From Candidatus Omnitrophota bacterium (GTDB lineage: Bacteria > Omnitrophota > Gorgyraeia > Zapsychrales > JANLHA01): a DNA stretch of 64,000 bases. The notes below the pieces were generated by a model that saw only the letters and a list, made by a program, of their open reading frames with translations, was not told the DNA's origin and did no database searches. Location: assembly GCA_029560465.1 (NCBI GenBank), contig JAKQKX010000102.1, positions 4,601-68,600 on the forward strand, written 5' to 3'. Shown in pieces: positions 29,407 through 38,407 of this stretch. Numbering within the stretch: the first letter of the stretch is position 1; every line of letters begins with the position of its first letter. Made by a program: the position numbers and the translations under genes.

Positions 29407-30594
29407 CTACACTTTCGTGTACGGGTTAAACAGCTTTTTATGTTCTTCCAGCGCGAAATGGTCGGTCATGGACGCGATGTAATTGCAGATCGTCTGATAC
29501 TTCTCTTGGCGGGTATGTTTCCGGTCCCGGCCATAAATGTTATATGGCAGTTGCTGAGGGTCGCTGTCATAAACCCCGAACAGGTCATTAATAATGCGTT
29601 TCGCTTTATTGGTCATCCGCAGCACCCGGTAATGATTGTATAACTTGGTATTGATCAGCGTTTGAAGAGAATCCCTCTCCCGGCGCATCGAAGCGCTAAA
29701 CCCAACGATGCTCCCCTGATATGCCTTGACATCCCGCGACGATTGAAGCCCGAGTTTCCGCAGGCGCTGGTCCGTCGTATTCATCAAGTCTTTAATCTGC
29801 ATGTCGATGAGCTGTTTGACAACCTGGCATTTCAAGAGTTCGCGGCTCATGGCTCCGGAGGGCGCCTGAATGTCCCGTCGGGCTTTCTGCCATAACTGGT
29901 TCGACACAAGGTCTTCTTCCTGGATGCAACCCGATGTCAGCCCGTCATCAACGTCATGATTTAAGTACGCCAAAGAATCCGCGACATCCACCACTTCCGC
30001 TTCCAGCGTCGTCCCCTCCTCGATCTCCTGCCCGGCGGTCGCCGGGACATCGTAAAGGCTGCGGTGCTTCAGGATGCCGACCAGCACTTCCCGGGAAAGG
30101 TTTAACCCGTCAAAATCCGGATAACGTTTTTCATGGTGGTGGACGATCTCAAAACTATGCTGGTTGTGATTAAATCCCCCAAGCCGGGCGTCTTTCATGA
30201 TTTTATTGAGGGCTTCCTCGCCGGCATGCCCGAAAGGAGGGTGGCCCAAATCATGCGCCAGGGCAATCGCCTCGATCAGATCTTCGTTCAGCCGCAGGCA
30301 CCGCCCGATCGTCCGGCCGATCTGCGCGACTTCCAGCGAATGCGTCAGGCGGGTGCGGTAGGAATCCCCTTCCGTAACGATAAAAACCTGTGTCTTATAT
30401 TCCAGCTTCCGAAAAGCCGCGCAATGGACAACCCTGTCACGGTCCCGCTGATAACAGGTGCGGTAGTCATGCGCGGGTTCGGGATAAATCCTCCCCGAGG
30501 ACTCCCGGCTTTTCATCGCGTATGGAGCCAAATTTTGTGATTCTAATTCTTCTATATCCAGCCGGTTTCGCATGCTTCTCCCCTGCACAAACAC
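29407..30594 (-). CDS. dgt: dGTP triphosphohydrolase-like HD-domain protein (Dgt family)
   Basis: HSLEVAQIGR...HDLGHPPFGH HD motifs in the Dgt arrangement; 395 aa. Confidence 0.85.
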   Translation of the reverse strand: MFVQGRSMRNRLDIEELESQNLAPYAMKSRESSGRIYPEPAHDYRTCYQRDRDRVVHCAAFRKLEYKTQVFIVTEGDSYRTRLTHSLEVAQIGRTIGRCLRLNEDLIEAIALAHDLGHPPFGHAGEEALNKIMKDARLGGFNHNQHSFEIVHHHEKRYPDFDGLNLSREVLVGILKHRSLYDVPATAGQEIEEGTTLEAEVVDVADSLAYLNHDVDDGLTSGCIQEEDLVSNQLWQKARRDIQAPSGAMSRELLKCQVVKQLIDMQIKDLMNTTDQRLRKLGLQSSRDVKAYQGSIVGFSASMRRERDSLQTLINTKLYNHYRVLRMTNKAKRIINDLFGVYDSDPQQLPYNIYGRDRKHTRQEKYQTICNYIASMTDHFALEEHKKLFNPYTKV

Positions 30595-30601
30595 AAAACC
30601 C

Positions 30602-31093
30602 TCACGCGCCGCCGCGCTGGGCCTTTTTAAGCTGTTGGAACAACGCTTGCATTGATTGAGAAATCACCCGGGTGCCGTTGACAACCGGCATAAAATTTAC
30701 ATCCCCTTTCCAGCGCGGGACCACATGCATGTGCACGTGTCCGGGGATTCCGGCGCCCGCCACCCTGCCCAAGTTCATCCCGATGTTAAAACCGTCGGGT
30801 TTCAGGACGGCCTTCAAGAGCCGTTTGGTGGCGGACATCAAGTCAAAAAAATCCAGCCGCTCTTCAGGCCGGAGCCGGTCCAAGTCGCCCACATGCCGGA
30901 CTGGCACAATAAGGCTGTGCCCATTATTATAAGGGTACAGGTTCAGGACGGCGAAGCTGTGTGCCGAACGCGCGAAGATGAGGTTCCGCCGGTCCTCCCT
31001 CGCTTTGAGAATGGCGCAAAATGCACAGTCGCTTTTCTTTTGTATCACCGCCGTGACATATGCTTCACGCCACGGAGCCCATAACCGGTCCAT
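30602..31093 (-). CDS. HIT-family nucleotide hydrolase/phosphorylase (Ap4A-phosphorylase-like branch)
   Basis: Histidine triad HVHMHVVPR; N-terminal LWAPWR motif typical of the Ap4A phosphorylase-like HIT subgroup. Confidence 0.8.
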   Translation of the reverse strand: MDRLWAPWREAYVTAVIQKKSDCAFCAILKAREDRRNLIFARSAHSFAVLNLYPYNNGHSLIVPVRHVGDLDRLRPEERLDFFDLMSATKRLLKAVLKPDGFNIGMNLGRVAGAGIPGHVHMHVVPRWKGDVNFMPVVNGTRVISQSMQALFQQLKKAQRGGA

Positions 31094-31096
31094 AGA

Positions 31097-31576
31097 TTAT
31101 TTCACCTTGATGATCTGGCCTTTAACACCCTTGTCCGAAACCGTCAATATCCCGTATGAACAGCATGAAGCGCAAATCCGGTCGTTGGGCGTCCCTGGGT
31201 TAAAATACAGGACTCCGTCCCGGATTTCATTAAACGGTTCGTGAGAATGGCCGAAAATGATAACATCGACTTTAATTTTCTTGAAGCGCCCCTGGACTTT
31301 TTCCAACAGGAGCTTGGGCGCGCCTTCCCCATGATAAACACCGATCACCTTGTCCCCGCAAGGGACCGTCAGGTCCGCCGGCAGCGCCTTACGGACGTCT
31401 TCCCCGTCCATATTCCCGTAAACAGCCTTGACCTCCTGAACAGACGACAACGTCCGCAGGATTTCAAGCGAGCCAACATCCCCGGCATGAACAATCAGGT
31501 CAACCGTTTTAAAATCCCGCAACATCTGTGGCGGCAACGGCCGGCCGTGCGTGTCAGAAACAACCCCTATCTTCAT
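31097..31576 (-). CDS. YfcE/MJ0936-family metallophosphoesterase
   Basis: DTHG...GDVG...GNMD...GHSH metal-binding motifs; 159 aa. Confidence 0.8.
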   Translation of the reverse strand: MKIGVVSDTHGRPLPPQMLRDFKTVDLIVHAGDVGSLEILRTLSSVQEVKAVYGNMDGEDVRKALPADLTVPCGDKVIGVYHGEGAPKLLLEKVQGRFKKIKVDVIIFGHSHEPFNEIRDGVLYFNPGTPNDRICASCCSYGILTVSDKGVKGQIIKVK

Positions 31577-33219
31577 GGTGTCCCCACGGGAACAATGAAA
31601 GGTTTATTGTAAAAATTCAACAACGTGTTCAGTTCATGCTCATTCCATATCCACATGCTTTCCTGCAAGGCCTTCACCCTGGTGTTTTCATCCAAAGAAC
31701 AAAGAGAAATCAATATCCTCTTCTGCGGTTTCTGAATGATCTTCTTGGCTTCCTTTAACATTGACGAAATATCCTGCTCCGTTAACGGATCCCGGTTCAG
31801 CACAATAAACCACTCCCCATCCTGCGTTTGGGCTTTGATAACGTCATAAAAAGATCCGGACCCTTTCCGCGCCTTTGTCGTGCTGATGGCCTGGAAAAGG
31901 GGCAATTTATAACGGCGGTTATTAATCTGAACGGCGTCATCTTCAAAACAATATAGCAGCTCAACAATTCGGGTCGGCAAGTCTTTCTGGGAACAGTGAT
32001 TGACTTCCCGGATAACCCGGTCCAGCTCTTCTTTGAACGCCTGCCGCTGATGGTCCTGGGAAGCGTCAAAAGTCCGCAGTTTTTTCTGCAGGACAAATTT
32101 CAGCCAGGCCCCGAAAAACTTATCCTTGATATAATAACTCGCGCCGTTCTTCATCACAAACCCCTGTTCGACCAAGCGGTTCAGCTTGGGAGAAACAAGC
32201 CCCTGACGGACAGACAAGCTGGTTGCCAACTCCTTGATGCGCTGCTTCTCCTCTGCCAGGGATATCAGGAGGGCGGCGCATATCCGGTTGCCCTTCCCTT
32301 CGCACAGCGCGTTGACAGTGGCTTCGAAATGCTGGCTGAGCACCCCCCACGGGTCAAACAGGACATTCTCGATCGCCTGAATCATAAGGGGATTAAATAT
32401 TTCCGGCTGCCCGTACAGCCGAGACAGGGTTATCAACTCTTTTGAAATAATAGTCAAATACAACGGGTGTCCACCCGTGAAATCCACGAAAAAGCTTTTC
32501 AGGTCCTCGCTGAGCTTGATCTCTTTGAGCAGGAACGCGATAAATTCCCGGCTGGCCTTCATGGGGAACGGCTCAATGGGGACGACTTCAAAATTCCCGA
32601 ACAAAAGGGACAAACGTTCAGAGATAATCTTGTTGGCGAGCACAGGGCAAGAACTGGTGACGACATACAAACACTTCTTCTGCGTCATAATACACTTCCC
32701 CAATTCGGCATAAACCCCCTCCACGCCTAATTCTTCCAGGTCATGGAACTCGTCAAAGATAATGAGGCAAAAGAACTTGGATTCCTGAGTGAAAACTTGA
32801 GGCAGGGAAATGATTTCACTGTAAGCTTCCTGCGGACGCTGATGCGCGAGGAAGCTCTGGATCTTCTTGATACTTTTGGTTGTTAAGGGAAGGTCGGCCC
32901 GGACGCTTTCCAATAAAAGATTAATATCATTATGCAGGGGCTTTTGAGTTAGCCGGGAATAGTGATACAGCAAGCCGCCGACAAACTTGAAATAGAAGTG
33001 TTCAAAATCCTTATATTCCAGATCCAGATACAATGGAATGATCAACGGGTCATCGAGATCCGCGACAAATTTCTCCAAGATGGAACTTTTCCCGAGGTGC
33101 CTCCCACCGAGAAACGCAATGTTCTGGCGGTACCCCTCTTTGAGATCCAGGACCCGCCTTTTCAGCAAATCCAGCGTGTCCCGGCGGTCAAAGAAAGCAT
33201 CCATATCAATACGGCTCAT
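31573..33219 (-). CDS. Archaeal-type P-loop ATPase (ATPase_2/PF01637-like) with a C-terminal DUF234/winged-helix-like region
   Basis: FFDRRDTLDLL...FLGGRHLGKSSI Walker A, IIFDEFHDL Walker B, C-terminal LNRLVEQGFVMKNGASYYIKDKFFGAWLKFV; start overlaps the next gene by 4 nt (ATGA). Confidence 0.75.
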   Translation of the reverse strand: MSRIDMDAFFDRRDTLDLLKRRVLDLKEGYRQNIAFLGGRHLGKSSILEKFVADLDDPLIIPLYLDLEYKDFEHFYFKFVGGLLYHYSRLTQKPLHNDINLLLESVRADLPLTTKSIKKIQSFLAHQRPQEAYSEIISLPQVFTQESKFFCLIIFDEFHDLEELGVEGVYAELGKCIMTQKKCLYVVTSSCPVLANKIISERLSLLFGNFEVVPIEPFPMKASREFIAFLLKEIKLSEDLKSFFVDFTGGHPLYLTIISKELITLSRLYGQPEIFNPLMIQAIENVLFDPWGVLSQHFEATVNALCEGKGNRICAALLISLAEEKQRIKELATSLSVRQGLVSPKLNRLVEQGFVMKNGASYYIKDKFFGAWLKFVLQKKLRTFDASQDHQRQAFKEELDRVIREVNHCSQKDLPTRIVELLYCFEDDAVQINNRRYKLPLFQAISTTKARKGSGSFYDVIKAQTQDGEWFIVLNRDPLTEQDISSMLKEAKKIIQKPQKRILISLCSLDENTRVKALQESMWIWNEHELNTLLNFYNKPFIVPVGTP

Positions 33220-33234
33220 GACGGCACCTCATCC

Positions 33235-33912
33235 TTAGCGGGGCAAATAATACAGCGGATTACTCGCCTGTTCGCCTTTTCTGATTTCAAAATAAACCAG
33301 GCCACCCATGCCCCGGGCCCCGGCCAAGGCAAGCCGGTCCCCTTTGGAGACATGATCCCCCACATGAACAAGCACCTTGGCATTCAGGGAATAGACGGAA
33401 TGAAATCCGTCCAGATGATCCAGGATAACCGTGTACGCATAACCTTGCAGATAATCCGCGAAAACAACTTTGCCGGCCCGCGAGGCCGCAACACTTTCCC
33501 CCGGAGAGACCTGGATCCCAATGCCTTTATGGCTGATGCCCTGCCCCGCCTGGTTGAAATACCGTACAACTTTCCCTTGAACCGGCCACGCGAATTCATT
33601 CTTGTTCGGGTCGCTGCTTTTAGCGGCGACACTTTGGGTTTCCTTGGCGCCAGGGATAAACAACAGCTGCCCCTCTTCCAACCGGGCTGCGTCCGGGATC
33701 CGGTTAATCTGGATCACGTCATCAATCCTGACATTATACGCCTGGGAAATACTCCACAGTGTCTGGCCGTGCTGAACCGTATGATAGACCCCCGGTTGCC
33801 GGATGGACGAGTTGGGGCGGCTGTCCGGCTGCTCTATGGTGGCGCAACCAGACAACCCCACCAACAGAACCCCTGTTCCCAGGAACCGCATCAACCCACG
33901 GCGCGCGCCCAA
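33235..33912 (-). CDS. LysM plus M23 peptidase lipoprotein (NlpD-like)
   Basis: Lipobox LSGC; LysM (YHTVQHGQTLWSISQAY...); M23 zinc-site motifs (HKGIGI, HLDGFH..HVG). Confidence 0.8.
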   Translation of the reverse strand: MGARRGLMRFLGTGVLLVGLSGCATIEQPDSRPNSSIRQPGVYHTVQHGQTLWSISQAYNVRIDDVIQINRIPDAARLEEGQLLFIPGAKETQSVAAKSSDPNKNEFAWPVQGKVVRYFNQAGQGISHKGIGIQVSPGESVAASRAGKVVFADYLQGYAYTVILDHLDGFHSVYSLNAKVLVHVGDHVSKGDRLALAGARGMGGLVYFEIRKGEQASNPLYYLPR

Positions 33913-33980
33913 TTGACTTTGGAAAGAAAAAATACGCGAGCTCCTTTTTCAAACCTCTTAAAACAATCTCCAGAAAAAAA

Positions 33981-34054
33981 TGGAGCGAGGGACGGGAATC
34001 GAACCCGCGTATTCAGCTTGGGAAGCTGATATTCTACCATTGAATCACCCTCGC
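33981..34054 (-). tRNA. tRNA-Gly (anticodon CCC), CCA encoded
   Basis: Hand-folded cloverleaf: acceptor GCGAGGG/CCCTCGC, T-arm GCGGG-TTCGATT-CCCGT, anticodon loop TTCCCAA. Confidence 0.85.
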
Positions 34055-34111
34055 GCTCACAATCTAATTCTTATTGACAACAGAAAACCTGCGGCATTAT
34101 ATCCAAATGTT

Positions 34112-34765
34112 TTACTGGACTCTTATTCTAACAGAGTTTAATCTTTCCAGAAAGAATTTTGTCGTCCGCTCAACCCGGCCGCTTAAGCACACAGCCCTGG
34201 TGACAGCCACACGATTCACGCCGAGATCTGTCAACCGCGACAAATTCTGAAGCGTTATCCCCCCGATAGCGTATACCGGGATATTGGATGCCTTGATCAC
34301 CCGCGTCAGCAAACCCAAATCCATGGGAGGACGGTCGGGCTTAGTGAACGTTTTAAAAACCGATCCAAACCCGATATAATCCGCGCCGCCGGCTTCGGCT
34401 TGACGGGCCTGAGCCAATGTCTGACAGGAAACCCCGATCAAAACTTTGCGCCCCAGAATTTTCCGTGCCACCGGAAGCGGGAGATCGTCCTGGCCCAAAT
34501 GAACCCCGGGAGCACCGGTCGCCAACGCCCAGTCAACCCGGTCATTCACAATAAACGGGATGTTCTGGTCCAGAAACCTCAACGCCTTCTGGATAAACCG
34601 CAGGGAATCGCGGCTTCTCCCGAATTTATCCCGTAATTGTACTATAACCTCCCCGGCCCGTACAGATTCTTTTAAAATTTTAAACAGCGCCGGGTACCCC
34701 TGAACCTGCGTGTCAAGAATAATGTAAAACCTGGCCCGCGATAACTGCTTTCGAATCCTGTCCAT
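34112..34765 (-). CDS. thiE: Thiamine-phosphate synthase
   Basis: TIM-barrel ThiE motifs (YIILDT..., GADYIGFGSVFKTFTK, AIGGI); 217 aa. Confidence 0.85.
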   Translation of the reverse strand: MDRIRKQLSRARFYIILDTQVQGYPALFKILKESVRAGEVIVQLRDKFGRSRDSLRFIQKALRFLDQNIPFIVNDRVDWALATGAPGVHLGQDDLPLPVARKILGRKVLIGVSCQTLAQARQAEAGGADYIGFGSVFKTFTKPDRPPMDLGLLTRVIKASNIPVYAIGGITLQNLSRLTDLGVNRVAVTRAVCLSGRVERTTKFFLERLNSVRIRVQ

Positions 34766-34792
34766 AACGTGTGTTCCCGGGGGCCCCGTCTT

Positions 34793-35221
34793 TCACGGGC
34801 GCCCGCGCGACGGGAGGAGCCCTTTTTGTTCCAGGATGTAAACCCGGTAGCGGAGGCGTTTCAAGGCCTCGGCTTGCCGGGGATCAAACAGTTTGGCGAA
34901 TTCTTCCAAAACCCGGATAGATTCTTTGACCCTTTGGGAATTCGCGTAAAAAATATCCGTCACATCGCTCCGCGTCAGCTCCGCCGGGACCGAAAAACGG
35001 CCCTCATCATGCCGGACCTCACGGGTCGCCACGCCTTCGCGCCTCCAAGCCACAGACACCGCCTCGGTCAACGCGTGCCGGAGATCTTTGAATTGTTTTG
35101 TCAGAGAACGGCTGTCCCACACAAACCGGCAAACATCTTCACACACCCTTAACCCTTCTTTCGCCCTGTTAAAATTCGCGTCGATAACACGATAAATATT
35201 TTTATCTAACTTTTTCCGCAC
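34793..35221 (-). CDS. Hypothetical protein co-transcribed with thiE (possibly ThiE-associated N-terminal-domain-like)
   Basis: 142-aa ORF 27 nt upstream of thiE; RVIDANFNRAKEGLRVCEDVCRF resembles domains fused to ThiE in some lineages (from memory, unverified). Confidence 0.45.
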   Translation of the reverse strand: MRKKLDKNIYRVIDANFNRAKEGLRVCEDVCRFVWDSRSLTKQFKDLRHALTEAVSVAWRREGVATREVRHDEGRFSVPAELTRSDVTDIFYANSQRVKESIRVLEEFAKLFDPRQAEALKRLRYRVYILEQKGLLPSRGRP

Positions 35222-35691
35222 GTTTTTCGTATCGTTTCAATAATGTGTGTGGTCGAAAGGCCTTTAACGTATGTCACGAGTTCAACGCAGCCGCCGTTGG
35301 CGTTCACGATGTCTTCTCCAACGACTGTTTTCCCTTTCCAGTCCGCGCCTTTAATCAAAATATCGGGTTTAACGGCCTGAATAAGCCGGTAAGGGGTATC
35401 TTCATGAAAAACCGTGATCCAGTCGACGCATTCCAGGGCCGCCAGCACTTCCGCCCGGTCCCGCTGTTTATTAACCGGCCTTTGAGGTCCTTTGATGCGC
35501 CGGACCGACCGGTCGCTGTTCAACCCGACGATAAGGCAACGCCCGCCTTTCTTGGCTTTCGTGAGATACCGCACATGCCCGGCGTGCAGGATATCAAAAC
35601 ATCCGTTCGTAAAAGCGATCTTCTTCCCGGCGTGCCGGGCCCGGCTCACATGCCGCAGAAGCGTTGACACGGGAACAACTTTGGAAAGCAC
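35206..35691 (-). CDS. rfaE2: D-beta-D-heptose 1-phosphate adenylyltransferase (RfaE/HldE domain II, cytidylyltransferase fold)
   Basis: FTNGCFDILHAGHVRYL nucleotidyltransferase motif; 161 aa. Confidence 0.8.
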   Translation of the reverse strand: MLSKVVPVSTLLRHVSRARHAGKKIAFTNGCFDILHAGHVRYLTKAKKGGRCLIVGLNSDRSVRRIKGPQRPVNKQRDRAEVLAALECVDWITVFHEDTPYRLIQAVKPDILIKGADWKGKTVVGEDIVNANGGCVELVTYVKGLSTTHIIETIRKTCGKS

Positions 35692-35703
35692 CCTTTCCCC
35701 CTA

Positions 35704-36285
35704 TTATGATGCGAGAATATTTTCCACGCACGCGCACACGCAGTGCACGATGCACACATGAGATTCCTGGATTCTGGCGGTGCTGGAGGACGGGACAACG
35801 ATCTTAACATCAGCCAGGGGCGCCAGCCGTCCCCCGTCCCGGCCGGTCAAAGCAATGACGGTGATCCCCATCGCCCGGGCCTGCTGTACCGCTTTAATGA
35901 CGTTAGCCGCCATCCCGCTCGTGGAGATCGCAAGGGCGACGTCTCCCTTGCGCCCGAGGCCTTCCATCTGCCGGGAAAAAACATGCTCAAACCCGTAATC
36001 ATTGCCCAAAGCCGTTAAAGCCGACGAATCTGTCGTCAGGGCTATCGCCGGAAAGGATGCCCGCTCTTTCTGAAACCGGCCGATAAATTCCGCCGCGATA
36101 TGCTGGCTGTCCGCCGCCGAACCGCCATTGCCAAATACCAGCAGCTTTTTGTTCCGGCGCAGGGCCCGGACAATCACATCGACAGCCCGCTGAATCTCCC
36201 GGCTGTTCTGAAGGAGGGTCTCCTTCTTTACCGCGATGGATTCCTCAAAAATCTGCGTAATCTCGTTCAAAACCTGTTGTCTCAT
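35704..36285 (-). CDS. gmhA: Phosphoheptose isomerase (SIS domain)
   Basis: SIS-domain motifs (LLVFGNGGSAADSQH, ISTSG); 193 aa. Confidence 0.85.
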   Translation of the reverse strand: MRQQVLNEITQIFEESIAVKKETLLQNSREIQRAVDVIVRALRRNKKLLVFGNGGSAADSQHIAAEFIGRFQKERASFPAIALTTDSSALTALGNDYGFEHVFSRQMEGLGRKGDVALAISTSGMAANVIKAVQQARAMGITVIALTGRDGGRLAPLADVKIVVPSSSTARIQESHVCIVHCVCACVENILAS

Positions 36286-36291
36286 CCGTCC

Positions 36292-37320
36292 CTATCCTAC
36301 GCAAAACACTTTTGACATCTTATACAATTCCATGTCGATTGATTTGTGTTTCTGGACCGCTTTCTCGATATCGACCGAATGCAGTTTATTATGCCTCAGG
36401 CTGACCATCTGGCCAAAACGGTTGTTTTTAACAAGCTCGACGGCCTTGATCCCGAACTGGGTCCCGATCAACCGGTCATAGGCCGTCGGAGAGCCGCCTC
36501 TCTGAATATGGCCGAGGATGCTGACACGGGTATCGTATCCTGTTTTTTCCTCGATAATTCTTGCAACCGTTTCAGCGATCCGTCCAAAACGACGGGAAGC
36601 ATCGTCCCCCCCCAATTTCTTCGTATCCGACAACTGTTTAATACGGGCTCCTTCTGAAACGACCACTAAGCTGAACGTTTTACCCCGCTTATGCCGGAGC
36701 TCCAGATCCTTACATACGACATCCATATCTACCTCAATCTCCGGGACCAGAATAAGGTCCGCGCCCCCGGCAATCCCCGCTTCCAAAGCGATCCATCCGG
36801 TATACCGGCCCATCACTTCGATAACAATAATGCGGTGATGGCTTTCCGCCGTAGTGTGCAAACGGTCGATACACTCCGTCGCCACGTTAACCGCGGTGTT
36901 AAAACCAAACGCATATTCGGTCCCCGACAAAGCGTTATCAATCGACTTCGGCACCCCCACCACCTGGATCAACCCCGCCTTATAAAGATCCAGGGCGACT
37001 TTAAGCGTCCGTTCCCCTCCAACGGCGATAAGGGCGTCCATCCCGCTGCGCTTATAATTTTCGCCGATCTGCTGCACATGCTGGGGGTTGTCAAACGGGT
37101 TCACCCGGCTCGTTCCCAGGATCGTCCCCCCGGTGGATAGGATCCCCGATGTCATTCGGACATCCAGCACCCGCATGTCATAATCAATCAGCCCCAGCCA
37201 GCCGTTTTTGATTCCGGTGACCAAATATCCTTCCTGAATTGCGCTACGGACGACGGCTCGGATCACCGAGTTAAGCCCGGGGCAGTCTGCCCCGCCGGTT
37301 AAAATACCCAGCTTTTTCAT
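36292..37320 (-). CDS. pfkA: 6-phosphofructokinase (PFK-A family; phosphoryl-donor signature atypical)
   Basis: GILTGGADCPGLNSVIRAVV, MGR...GHIQRGG; the GGDGS position reads GGERT and the Gly124-equivalent is Lys (PKSIDNA). Confidence 0.9.
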   Translation of the reverse strand: MKKLGILTGGADCPGLNSVIRAVVRSAIQEGYLVTGIKNGWLGLIDYDMRVLDVRMTSGILSTGGTILGTSRVNPFDNPQHVQQIGENYKRSGMDALIAVGGERTLKVALDLYKAGLIQVVGVPKSIDNALSGTEYAFGFNTAVNVATECIDRLHTTAESHHRIIVIEVMGRYTGWIALEAGIAGGADLILVPEIEVDMDVVCKDLELRHKRGKTFSLVVVSEGARIKQLSDTKKLGGDDASRRFGRIAETVARIIEEKTGYDTRVSILGHIQRGGSPTAYDRLIGTQFGIKAVELVKNNRFGQMVSLRHNKLHSVDIEKAVQKHKSIDMELYKMSKVFCVG

Positions 37321-37358
37321 GGTTGAATCCTTAGGTTAAGCTCGAAACAAATCTATAA

Positions 37359-37988
37359 TTAAACACGATACCCCTGCTGATAAGGGACATTCAACCGCCC
37401 CTCCGGCTCCTCTTCGTTCTCTTTCGGGCGTTTCAGTTTCCTCTGCCCGGGGATAATTTTTGAAATATGGATACGCACTGTCGGCGTCTCTTCAATCCCG
37501 ATGGTGTCCTGGACTTTCCGCTTGACCAGGTCCTGCAAATGCGCGGTCATCTCCGGGATATTAACGTCGGTGTTAAGAACCAGCCTCGCGTCAATCTCCA
37601 AGCCCTTCTTTCCCACCCGGATACTGGAGCGGACTTCCCGCACCTCCCCGACTCCGGCGATCACCCGCCGGGTCAGATCTTCCAAAGCATCGAGGGAGAC
37701 ACTCACGCGCCCGGTCGGGTTGTCAAAAGCAATGGTTTTCTCCCGCTGCTTCTCATCCGACATCGTCCTGACAAAAATATAATTCAACCAAAGCATCACC
37801 AGCCCGAACCCGGCCACAGCCACCCGTTTGTCCATATCCAAATGAATGGCTTCCAAATAGGCAAAAACATCTTTCAGGGGCAACAGGGCATATCCTTTAT
37901 AGTGAGTCACAAACAGCACCAGCAGGACCCCGACAAACATGGTCAGCACCCCATAAAACAACATACCTAAACGGGCCATTATTTTCAT
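37359..37988 (-). CDS. Membrane-anchored Asp23-like protein (AmaP-like alkaline-shock anchor)
   Basis: Two N-terminal TM helices followed by an Asp23/Gls24-like domain; immediately upstream of an asp23 homologue. Confidence 0.5.
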   Translation of the reverse strand: MKIMARLGMLFYGVLTMFVGVLLVLFVTHYKGYALLPLKDVFAYLEAIHLDMDKRVAVAGFGLVMLWLNYIFVRTMSDEKQREKTIAFDNPTGRVSVSLDALEDLTRRVIAGVGEVREVRSSIRVGKKGLEIDARLVLNTDVNIPEMTAHLQDLVKRKVQDTIGIEETPTVRIHISKIIPGQRKLKRPKENEEEPEGRLNVPYQQGYRV

Positions 37989-38341
37989 GATTCCCCCCTC
38001 TCGATACCTTGAATGTTGACATTAATATCTTTAAGATCGATGTCAACGGTTTTGTCAATAGCGGCGCGCACCGCTTCTTGAATCTGACGGGCGGCGTCAT
38101 GGATGTTCAGCCCGAAGCGCACCTTGACTTTCACCTCGATCGTGACCTGGCTGTTTTTCTCTATCGTCACGGCAATCCCGGGGATTTTCTTCACCCCGAC
38201 CAAATCCACGAGATGGCTTCCAAAATCCTTCGTCAACAGCGTCACGCCCGGGACGGTCAAAACCGCGGACTGGATAATATCCGCGAGAACCTGTTTATGA
38301 ATTTTAATTGAACCCAGATCCACTTTATTGAGGTCTTTCAC
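37985..38341 (-). CDS. Asp23/Gls24-family stress protein
   Basis: 118 aa; KIHKQVLADIIQSAVLTVPGV start typical of Asp23. Confidence 0.75.
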   Translation of the reverse strand: MKDLNKVDLGSIKIHKQVLADIIQSAVLTVPGVTLLTKDFGSHLVDLVGVKKIPGIAVTIEKNSQVTIEVKVKVRFGLNIHDAARQIQEAVRAAIDKTVDIDLKDINVNIQGIERGES

Positions 38342-38407
38342 GGGGCCTCCTTGAATTTAACAGAATAAACACACCGGCCCAACAGGCCGATTTAGGAAAT
38401 AGGCGTG

